Source of the DNA: Ophelia neglecta
Taxonomy: Eukaryota
Direction: 5' to 3'
NCBI GenBank assembly: GCA_965285935.1
Contig: OZ260661.1
Location: 138,508,001 to 138,572,000, forward strand
DNA length: 64,000 bases
Part shown: positions 52,901 through 64,000 of the stretch, in pieces
Layout: each line of letters starts with the position of its first letter
Numbering within the stretch: the stretch's first letter is position 1
Notes under the pieces: model-generated
Told to the model about the DNA's origin: nothing
The model's database searches: none
Seen by the model: the letters and a program-made list of their open reading frames with translations, nothing else
Position numbers and translations under genes: made by a program

Positions 52901-54924
52901 AACCCGCCGACCTGCGAATCTACTTTCCAGATTAATCTCTACCAGGTTAAGGCAGCAAATACAGGCAAGTTGCGTATTGAAAAATGTGCCCGGGCGGCTG
53001 TACTGCATTGCTGCGATTCGTAGTTCCCACTTGCTCCTCCGGTGGCGCTAGGAGTATCATGGAATCAGCGTATTGAATGTACCACCACGAGGATAAAAAT
53101 GAGATGCTATTCAGGAACTCTTCAGCAGCACTAGGCCCCTTTTTGATTTTAAAATCAGAAGGTTGGCTTGCAGCTCACAAATGACGCTCCCAAAACCAAA
53201 TGTGTTTTTAAAAGTCTTGTAGTGATAAGTAACCAAATATTTCTTTGAGGGCTGCACTATCGGACTTTCATGACATAAGGGGCATGTTAATTGCTTTGCC
53301 CCATCAAGTAGATAATAAAAACAGGAAAATGGGGTGAAAATATTATAAGATACATTTTTTAGATGCAAAATTCGCCTTAAAAATGAAATAAAGTTAAACT
53401 TTGGTTTGTGCCATGGCAGCTCAAAAATGACACAAGCTCTGAAGAAAAAATGAAAAGCCTTACAGCAAGTTTTTAACCATATAAAAAAGGCCGTTATTAC
53501 TAGCAATACAATTCCTTTGCATGTCATGTTATAAATTTGTTTATATGGCATAAGAAAATCACACTCTATGATTTGCCGTAGAACGTTTGTAAGTGTTGTT
53601 CGATTATCACAGTTGGAAACTCGACAGTGTGTGCCATTGAATCCCGGATCAATTGCAGTAACAAGTGGACAAAATCTGCAGTGCAAACATATCTACCACG
53701 TAAGCTGCAGTAAATGGGATGGTCCCAATGGCAAATGTGAAAGGGTAAGCTAAACTGGCCTTATGGTTAACAATCTGGATATTGTAAGTTGGGCACTCTT
53801 TCAAAAAGGATGATTATGGTCAACCAATTTACACAACTAATTCAACCTTTGCATATAGACAACATAGACCTGCCAAACATCACTGGCATGTACGAAAAAA
53901 AATATTGTTTTACACACATTGTGCTTTGATCTAATATGGATGTAAAACTGAAAGAACAACAGCCTAGTTGTATCTTCAATCTTATTTGGTGATATATTCA
54001 TACTTACCATAGTATGCCACATAATATTTACCTCCAACCCTCATTGAAATGAGGTCATTATAGAAGCTCGTAGGAAAATAATACTTTAAGGCAAATGTCT
54101 TAGATATATGCTATGTTAAGGGGGATTAGATGATGTTTGATCTAGTAAGTATGTCAGATAGGTTATATGGTTGTTTATGCCTTCATTGATTGTTTTTCAG
54201 TTCATCAAGCAAATTGTCCCTGATAGTTTGAAGACAGCAGAGCAAGCAGGCCTCACTTCAATAGCATTCCCTGCCATTGGAACTGGTATGTTCATTTATA
54301 TTTACAATTTTAATTGTCCTGTGAGAAAATAGAACCTGTACACTTGCTGTTGATTAACAACAGATAAATATATACTTCAAGCATCTGGCCATATGTTATT
54401 TTAAAGCAGCAGATAAAATTGTATGATTCCAGTTTGTTGAACGCTCTGTATGAAAGCCTATATGAAACAAAGTGATTTTGATTGTGCATATTATAAGGTT
54501 ACCATAATCTGCCTTGGGTCCAGGTAAAAGCTCTAAGTCATTAGTGAACTAGAATTTCATTGGAAGCCTAAACAACATTTTCATTTGAGTGTGCATTGGC
54601 ATAATCAAATAACTATTTTTATAATATTGTCAAGCTCTAATTCAACATCTGGGTCACAGAAACACAGTGGGAGACTGTACAAGCATACATTATCATCATC
54701 TAGCAAGGTGTTAGCACCAAGATAACATGCTCCTCACTCTAGGATAACGCATGTGATATGGGAACCCGCTTCAAACGACTTCATCATAGATCGTGTTCAT
54801 GTTCATTGTGGGCCCGTTGTTAGTAGTGATGAAAACGATCCCATTGCTAAATGTAGGTTGAGTCTTGATTAATCATAATCAGCAGTAGAAGATGATGATA
54901 AAAGTAATGACATGATTCGTTTAA

Positions 54925-55903
54925 GGACACTGCAGCATATTAAAATGTGCTTGATCATGGATGGAGGTGAACATGCTTAAGCTAAACCAGGACTAAAATG
55001 AAATTATGTTTTTTTTTCTGTTCGAGGCAGAATAAGGTCATTCCTGAAGGCTTGACCTTTACTCTAGGAGGCTGTGAGATAAAACCTGCAAACTCCGTCA
55101 CAAACTTAGGTTGCTTGTGGGATCGAGCACTCACCATGGAGAACGAAGAGCAGGCAAAAAAGAATCATGTTTCTGCCAGCTCAGGCACATTAGCCGTCTC
55201 CGACATATCAAAGGACGTGTGTAAAACGCTGGTGCAAGCCCTGGTAGTATCAAGACTGGACTACGGAAATATTTTATTAATAGGGCTATCCAAATGTCTT
55301 CTCCAGAAACTTCAGCGTGCCATGAACTTTGCAGCACGTCTGATTACTTTCACACCTCGAGGGCAGCATATCACACCTGTATTCAAACAGTTTTACTGGC
55401 TGCCGGTCAACCGCCACATAGAATACAAGGCTCTCTTTATGACTTACAAAGCACTCAATGGTCTGGCTCCTAAGAATATTCTTTATCTACTTGATGTGTA
55501 CCAGCCGCCTCGCACTTTACGATCAAGTAGTAAATTGATACATACGGTTCCTCAAATGAGAACAGGCGGCACTGTTTCAGATATATTGCTCCATGTCTTT
55601 AGAACAAGCTGCCGGAGGATATAAAAACTGCCAAAATAATTATGTCTTTAAGAAGCAATTAAAAACACAACTGTTCAAATTAGAATACATCTAGTGCCTT
55701 ATTCTTAAAATTGTATTTCTTTTTGTTTTATATTGTTGTAACTTTTAACAAGGACCTATTTTAGCGAAATCTAGTTACTACTTTAATCTGAGTTGCTTGT
55801 AATAAAACTATTAGTTGCTTTCTATTTTGTAAAGCGCTTAGAGCTATGTATAGGCGCTATAGAAATCAATGTATAATAATAATAATTATTATTATTATAA
55901 TAT
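54925..55903 (+). mobile_element. 5'-truncated L2/CR1-group LINE (3' end of ORF2 and tail) in a copy B intron
   Basis: WMEVNMLKLNQD, then LVQALVVSRLDYGNILLIGL...KLQRAMNFAARL...HITPV...WLPV...YKALNGLAP...RTLRS. The 3' end reads gtaaagcgcttagag...ggcgctatagaaat followed by a (TAA/TTA)n tail. Confidence 0.88.
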
Positions 55904-58900
55904 TAGTGGCCCTCCATCAACGAGCAACAGCCCTTCATAGTCAATAACACCCTCGGCTCTTCCTCGGGCGCTATTAGCAATATGGAGCTTCAATGACGTC
56001 ATCAATTCAATTATGTCACTTTGCTAAAATAGCTGAGCAGCTACAGTGCCGAAACACATTGAAAGTCTAAAGGAAACTGCATTCTGTGCTGTTAATCGAG
56101 TTTTCCAGTTTTTTAATATTTCAACTGAGAATTTCTTTAACAGTTCTATTAACCTGTTAATAGTTTAATAGGCGGTGTGGAAGTGGACAAGTAAGAAGCC
56201 TAATAGGCTTAACATAATATTAACCTCTGGTGGAAACCGGATTATGTTTTGTTGCCAAAATTATGATGAAAATTAGTGATTAGCAATTTTTTCTGCAAAA
56301 AATGAAAGGGGGGAGGCAGGGGGAGGCGTGGCCGGATGGTCCATGTCTTCAAGTGGGATGGCCGAAAACTGGTGAACAAAATTTTCATGAAAAATTAGTT
56401 ATTGGCCCAGTAACTCTGTCGACGCTCACTCGTCTTCATGCCTTATGTAACGTCTATACTGGATCAGTCAGGCATTCAAAATGGATTGGAAGGTATAGAA
56501 AGCAAAACCTTGTGATTATGATTGCTTTATAAGATTTGACTTTGAACTCATTTTCAATAATAAAATCATTATTTAAGCCTTTGTTTAAGAAGTAAGCGCA
56601 TAGTAATTCATGGGAACCTATGTGGAGCGATATTATTTTGCATCTTATCAAGTTCCCCGGTGTGACTTGTCTTTATTTCCAAGTTTAAATAATCAATATG
56701 GTGGCGAGAAGTACATTGCGAACCTAAAGGAAATTATATTGTGCATAATATGCTCTCTGATATGACCCGGAACATCTTTTTCAAGGTCAAATTGATAAAA
56801 GCGTGATTTCAAACTTTATATGGGCTGTAAGTTTTATGAAGAGATGACGGAATATGCCAAGTAGTTGATTGTGTGTCTATTGATATCAATTAAGGCGAAT
56901 TATCATGACACTGTAGATTAGTTGACAGAATATATCAAATCACATATTCTGTTACTATATATTGATCAAACCCGCATCATTATCATTTAACAGCTAGAGC
57001 TTAGATCAACACTGGATGCATGAAGGAAAGCATGTTTTGTCTACCTTACTGAGTTTTTAGTTTTTAGTAATACATTCTCAACTTCAGATAACTTTATTCA
57101 TGATTCCTGCCTTTAACAGCTAGCAACTAGATCAACGTTAGAAGCCTATTGGAAATCATATTTGATACATCTTATCCAATAATCAATTTTGACCTTGGTG
57201 TCCATTTTCAAGGTTAGATCACTATATTCTGCCTTTATTTTAACTGCCAACCCCTAGGTCCACAACGGAAGCCTTAATGGAAGTATATCTTTGGAATCTT
57301 ATAGAGTTGTCAATTTTGACCTAGGTGTCCATTTCAAGATCAGATAACAAAAACTAAATAAAAAAATGTATTCCTTTGTTTTATCACCTAGAATCTAGAA
57401 CTATTCTTACAATCAAAGAACCACATTTCATGCATTTTATCAAGTTTTTAGATGGGAGAGTTAATTAAACCACTTACTCCTGTCAGTCTTGACATCGGTT
57501 TGCATACCATTCCACACATACCATGCTTGCCTGACTCATTTTCATGTTAACATAAATATTGCAACATACAGATGATGGGAAGTAGAAAAATAAAAATACC
57601 TAAATTGTTTTGCTATAATGTTTAGCAGGGAGCAGGGCAGTAAAGTCCATCACATGACTGGTTCCGGAATATTTCACAATGAAACACAGTCTCAATTTAT
57701 CATTTTGCCAAGAGTGACATTTGTAGGGGCATCAGGTCTTCTATGTATAGTTTATCTTAAAATTTCACAGTTTTAGGGAATAGCATCAGAGCATTAGTAC
57801 TACCCAAGGTGCATTAGACAGGATGTGCTGAACTTGAGGTTTCAAATGGTACTCAAAAAAGGTTTAATTTTAATTAATTTTCTTGGTAGGAAACAACAAT
57901 GTTCCAAGAGATAAATGTGCTGAATTGCTGTATCATGAAGTGGCCATTAATCCACATACATCAGTCAAAGATGTCCGTTTTGTGATCTACGACCAGGACA
58001 CTGAAACAGTCAAGGTAAGCTGTTAAAAAAACAAACTCATGCATATACTATTTACAGAGGTCTACTGTCTTACGAATGATGATAATCCGTTGTTCAAACT
58101 ATCGTTAAGTCCTCAAACCTTTCGGCAGCCCCATATTTTGCGAACTCTGTGATTGGCGTCAAATATGTTAAAGGTTCACCAGAATTAGATGCCCCCTGAA
58201 TACTTATTGTTGATACCTGTTAAATGCAATCTTTAAATTAAAGGGTAGCGGGAAAAAATGTGTGTGCCAATATCACCGACAGTAACAGCCTCAAAATTAA
58301 ATGGTTTCACAGTGATCCACAAATTAACAATTAAAGTAATGTAGATTCATATGCATTATATTAGGAATACATTCTGATAAAGTCCCTGCTGAATCGACAT
58401 GCAGCTTATTATCATACGCAAATACTGAATTTACACTAAAATATAAAACAAGACGTTTGCAGGCACTGTCACCTTTTTTCCAACTGATAACTTATATTGG
58501 TGCATGTTCCAGAAATAATCCTTGCTATATATTTATTTATTGTATTTATAATGCATAATAGGTGAGCTTTATTTTCGCTCATGCATATAAAGAAAAATCG
58601 GATTTATCTTCCATCTCCACCCCCTGCCCCCCCCCCCCCCCCCTGTCCCGGAATTGTACTATTTATCAACTTGACAAATCATAGGTCTTTGGGGGTCTTC
58701 TTGCTACATCACTACAGACCCACTAAGACCTTACTTATAAAGCCAATCGGAGCAGGTATCAACTAGAAACAAATTGGGTGCAATTTTAAATCTCTGGTAC
58801 CCTAGTCAAGTAATAAGGCTAATTATGCCCACCTACAAATAATTGAGGAAATGTTCTTTGCACATGTCTGAGACTCTGCCCGTCATTAGACCAAATATTG

Positions 58901-61900
58901 TCCGATTAATACCTAGAAAAGGTTTAGCCTAGTTCTATCAACCTTGGAAGGAAAGTTGGTCACGACGAATCGATGGGTCCCGTTGATTTTAAGCTGGCCA
59001 GGTTAAAGGTCAAGGGCATAGTGGTCTTAACCTCAGATGTGTGTCTGATCAGTAAGTAGAGAACCATTGGGCCTGGTGTCTTCATCCGTGGTTAGTCGGT
59101 TGGTCATGACAAGCTGATGAATCCTATTCATATTCAGGCCAACAGGACAAAGGTCAAGGTCTGAGTGGCCTTCGACACAAAACTTGTCCGAAAAATATGA
59201 ATAAGGTGCTTAGGCTTAGTGTTCTTGTAGGTAGGTAGGTCAGGAAGAGTAGCTGAACCCTGTTGATAATCAAAGGTCAAGGTCACAGTGACTTAAACTA
59301 TATATAAAATTTCAAAAGTTGGCAGGATGGTGGTTCACTAATTGTACTCCATATTCCTTGTGTTATTTCATTCCAACTGTCGCCCCTATGCCATTATTCT
59401 TTAATATTGTAGGCATTTGAAGCAGAAATGAGTCGCCAGGCCAATCTACCTAAAGCCAAAATGGGAAGGCCGCGATCACTGATGGAACGTAGCTGCAATC
59501 TCATTGAAGAGACGATTGATAATGAAAATGGTTGGTTTCCGTTCATTGTCATACCTGAATAAGTATACGAATCAGAAAAGTAATTGGGCATGATGTAACA
59601 ATAATTATCATATTGTCATAATGATTTAAATTAAACAAGCAGCTTTATACATATTGATAAGTTGATTTGATCGCCAATATTGTTTTGTGACGGTTTTAAT
59701 GAACGTTCCTTGTGCTAAACGTGGATAGGATTGGTGTTTCTGTGTCTGGTTGATGGTTCCTGATATTGTGGATTTTATAAAAGAAAATTAAGTGATATGT
59801 AATAGGCTTTGACGCATACTGGTAGCTTCATCGTCATAAGTATTGTTTGAGCTGTAACGAAACAACACCTTATCACCAATCATTCATTTTTGCCCCCACG
59901 TTTTTTTTTAAAAGAGTGTTGGGATACGAATTTGGCCACGTCCTACTCCTCCGCCGCCGTTGCCGCCATAAGTTATTGGAATAGTTTGGAATAGGGCCAA
60001 CGAAAATAATATTATACCGGCATGGTATTTAGGCCGGGGTAATTTGTTTAAAAGTTGAAAGTTGGTGCCGTCCTATAATCTTTACTATTCCCCATACAGC
60101 GATATAGTATAGATAGCCAAAAAAAAACTGGAGCTAAACGGATGAAATGGACAGGTAGGAAGCGTTCTATTCATGAGCTGATTAGGTTTTGGTACACATC
60201 TTTTTATATTAAGTTGTCATAGCAATGCAAAATAAAAATGTGATCCGCCTTAAGTTTTTTTTTCGAACGTTTTTTTTAGAGCCTTGAACCCAAAAAATGC
60301 TTTTTTGGGTTTTTTTTAAACCAGATTTTTGCATTTCTCGTCATTTCAGACAAGTCTAAGTGTTTTTATAACAAATTAAAGGGGGGTATGTTTTTAAACT
60401 TTTCTTTCAACAAAATATCCAAAATTCTGTGTTTTGCTTTTCTTTCCATTTCATGTACTTTTACGTGTTTGTTTTTGGTTGGGGTGGTCTTAATTTTTGC
60501 TTTGTGCCTTTTTAGGTAGTTGTATTGGTTTGATGGGGCGGGGTCGGGGGGAGGGTGGGGGGGATGGGGGGGGGCGGGTGGCCAATATTTGAAACCCTTG
60601 TGTTTATAAGTAAATTCACACATTAATTAATCGTGCATTATTAAGCTACACATGCCATGTGTTATGTTCTCCACATAGTTCAAAGTGATGCTCTCATCAT
60701 TTAAATCTCAATTCAACGTCGGCTGCTATGCCTATCTTAAACTGTGATCTTAGTTCACATTTCATGAGCCAACTGATAAGACCTCCACTCTAGCCACTGG
60801 GATTACATAAACAAGGCCAGTCACTGGTCAATCTAGGACTACAGGTGAAGCTGTAATAAGTAGGCTCTGATAACTATCTATTAAGTTGATGGATTAAAGT
60901 AATAAATTTAGTAGCTCGGCCTCCGACTTCATTTATGTATTACAAGTAAAAGCTTATTATATGTACTATTGATGAATGACAAAAAGGGTTAATAAGGGGG
61001 CGGGGGATAGGTTGTAGAGGAGTTGGAGGGAAGCAGGGGTTGGGGGATGGAGGGGGTGTCGGGTGTATAAACACAGTAATAGATTCCTCTACTTAATATT
61101 ATTAGAAATATTTACTTTATTACGGGTTTTTGCATTGCTAGTGAAAAAATAAATTGAATAGACAACGTTTTTCGATTGTTGGTACAAATATTGAATCTGA
61201 CTTGCAATAAAAAGTTACTCCATGTTTTCGTTAATAAAAGTTAGAGAAGATGGGCAAACTCAAAAAAGGAATTTGTCAGGAACATTGACTTAGACTCTAT
61301 TCTTCAAGGACTGTGACTAGGAATATAGTGTGATATCCATTCTGGAATTCCTAAGTATCTTGTATCATTTATCCTCTTGTTATTTCACAGATTATTTCAT
61401 GGTCCAAAGTGGCGCCACACCGGGAAACGCTTTGTCCAACACTAGATGTCTGCAGGTGACGCTAGGAACAGTTGAACTACAGCTAGAGCTGGGAGATATC
61501 ACACTGGAATCAACAGATGCCATCATCAACAGCACTGATAAATCAATTGACCTAACTATGGGTAAAAGAATAGTTATTTTCCTAGAAAATAACCAGATAA
61601 AATATCATTTCGTCATGGGGAGTTTCTGATATGAAACCATCCATCCTGTCCTCATTAATTGAAATGATATATTTACTTGCTTAAGTGACTTGTAAATATG
61701 TGGCAAATAATTCATGTCACAGGTCATGTGCACACAGTGTAATGAAACAATAGAAAACTTCCAATGTTTGAATGTGAAAGTGATTCTGTTCTTTTTTGTA
61801 CTAAGGCGGTGTTGCAAACGCTTTGGCCAAAGCAGGAGGCCATCAATTTGTGCAAGAATGTAAGCAAGCAGGTAGGACACATGAATAGAAAATACTTGAC

Positions 61901-64000
61901 CAAGATCAGAATCTTGCTGTGTTGCATCACTCAATTTATTAAATGTATTATATTGGGTATGTTAACGACCAGATTGATAACACTATTGAGGAACCATGTT
62001 GTTTTTTGAAGTGATGGTTGATAACATTTCTACCACCAGTGGGGGGAATCTAAGAACTACTTATGTTATCCACATTGTTGCTCAACACGACACAAAATCT
62101 TGGAAAAAGGTAAATTTTTAAAGATACATACTGATATCAATTGGTTTATTGGTGTTTAATTCAATTACACTTTTATTGCATTTTTTATTTCATAATATTT
62201 TAACACAAACTATATACATGTAGCTAAGACGTTAAGAAGGAAATAGTCATCGCACACCAAACATCTGGGCACTTGGTTAATACATATTATCCATATTTTT
62301 CTCTCTATGTTGATTTGAAGCAAATTTGTTTCTTGGATCTGATATGTTTTTAAATTTTAGATGTTGAATTGCGAATAATAGTATACTTGCAATACGTTAG
62401 TCTGTGTAACTTATGCCGTCTCTAATGATAGATTATTCACAAATTAAATTTAAACCTCCTTAGCATGCTCCCATCAATTTTATCAGAATCCAACTACTAG
62501 AAACTAATTCTGATTTTTTAAAATTAAACCCATTTCAATTATAAATATTTTGCCTAAACCCTTGGTTTATGATATGCATTGGGTCATACGCTTGGCCGCG
62601 ACCGCCTATTGTTTTGCAATAATTTTACAACCATTAGATCTATAGTAACTACATTCCACAGGTTTGGTATATTGGCCTGGAAAATTTGTTTGAAATATGT
62701 GGCGCCACCTTAGTACCTATACTATTTCCTCTACAGCAATATGATGTCAAAAGCTTTTGAACAAATTGCGCAAAAAATTGGAGCTACGGGGCTGAAATCG
62801 TCTTTGAATTTATGGTTTTGGTTTTAGGGGTGGGTGCTACCTTTGGTTTGACAAAAGTGTTTTAGCAACAGTCATGTTTACTATCCCTTTTGATTTGTTA
62901 ACATCTGGTTGCTGAATGGAATAATTAACACTCGTCTTGATAAACAGCTTTATGTTTTAAAGAATCATTCCCTTCAAAATGCGCGCTTTCTTGTTAATAT
63001 TGTTGAGGAAAATCAGTTCTTATTAAATTTGAAATAGGTAATAAAGCAATCTTTGGAGAAGGCAGAACGCCAAAGTTTTAGGAGCCTTACCTTTCCAGCC
63101 CTTGGTACAGGTATGTCAACATAATTTGAGATGCATATCATTATGTCACACTGTGTGACACTGCTGCATATAAATTTGCTTCACTGTATATGACCTACGG
63201 AATGTAATGTACAGAAATCTCATTTGTGATCAATAATTTATCTTTTCAGGTCAGTCAAAAGCTCTAGGTTCCGCAATGGCTAGTGTTATGTTGGACAGCA
63301 TTGCAGCGTTTGCTAATACCAAACCATCTAGCTTACACCTGGTGAGAATTGTCATCTTCCCGGGACAGTCACACATTTTAGACACATTTAGAGAAGAGAT
63401 CACAAAGAAAGCGACCCATGACAAAGGGAAATATTGGTGGAAGTCCTTCAAGGAAGCGGTGTTCGTGAAAATATTAGATTCAGTAAAATTAAAAAATCGA
63501 CAATTATGCTAAACGATCAACGATCTTATCTTATTATTGTGATATTTGTTTATGATAAGCATTCTATATCTTTCTGTGGTTAAGTAGCCGTTTAAGTCAC
63601 CACCTTTTATTTAGCTGGGATCAATACTAGTTTGACTGACGTAGACATACCCACTCAGTCATATGAACCAAATCAGCGGCTCCCGGCAAGAAGAGTCCCT
63701 CCAACTCCCGCACGAGTGACTAAACTGCGTGTGTGCGCAAGAACTATGGTGGAGGTAAACGCAGTCATAAAGGAGATAGAGGATTTGTGTGGTCATGAGT
63801 GTAAGGACAAGGTCTTGGACGAGACAGATGATCAGGAAAATATTGCTAAACTGGATGAGACACAGGTATTGACACGATATACTACTATGATTTTTGGTGT
63901 TTTTGGAATTCGAAAGTAAACATAACATTGAGTTTATTTCAATATCCTTTTAATGCTTTACAATGAAACGTATTTATAATTTATTATTGAATTCAATATG

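Larger units (their letters stand above)
36029..64000 (+). pseudogene. PARP14-like copy B: internally deleted and frameshifted, 3'-partial (pseudogene or truncated RRM-only gene)
   Basis: 5' exons: 36029-36119, 36973-37160, 37804-37927, 38226-38276, 38381-38467, 39549-39737, 40510-40776, 41781-41903, 42666-42803, 43960-44238, 44750-45013, 45337-45618, 45858-46148, 47335-47592, 47813-48073. Fused exon 48265-48496 (TGA 48441-48443). Then homologues of A exons: 48619-48693, 50055-50161, 51659-51751, 53613-53744, 54201-54285, 57890-58014, 59413-59530, 61391-61561, 61806-61871, 62012-62109, 63038-63110, 63250-63460, 63615-63865. Base 64000 corresponds to A 17357. Confidence 0.8.
48274..64000 (+). 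repeat. Segmental direct duplicate of 1-17357 (exons and introns)
   Basis: Colinear near-identity, with ORF pairs such as 4943/49677, 7193/51935, 8795/53568, 14654/61330 and 16970/63632. Confidence 0.97.

Noticed and set aside
53111-53686. 191-aa minus-strand ORF
   Set aside because: It is antisense to a macrodomain exon and intron. In copy A it is split by a 32-bp indel (8370-8660 and 8731-8913). No recognisable motif.

Overview
AT-rich, intron-rich animal (invertebrate-like) genomic DNA. It carries two head-to-tail, + strand copies of a large PARP14-like macro-PARP gene, separated by a repeat-rich spacer that contains a 167-N assembly gap. Copy A (<1..22370) is the intact 3' part: 23 exons spliced by hand into about 1470 aa (last RRM, KH-like block, two macrodomains, KH-like region, WWE, ADP-ribosyltransferase domain with an H-Y-M triad). 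Copy B (~36029..>64000) shows the 5' part, with about 9 RRM/NID-like repeats plus 2 degenerate ones, mostly one per symmetric phase-1 exon. B has a 3533-bp deletion at 48401 (2-bp CT microhomology) that removes the KH block, fuses two exons out of frame and gives a stop at 48441-48443. Skipping the fused exon would restore the frame. A and B are almost identical up to A~9550/B~54330 and clearly more divergent after that, with many amino-acid changes in the second macrodomain. The spacer and introns hold a BEL/Pao LTR remnant, L1/Tx1 and L2 LINE remnants, a tRNA-derived SINE, Tc1/mariner-like and Kolobok-like MITEs, and HINE-like elements. All exon models, alignments and counts were done by eye with no database searches. 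Because the gap lies between the copies, they could be two haplotypes assembled in tandem.
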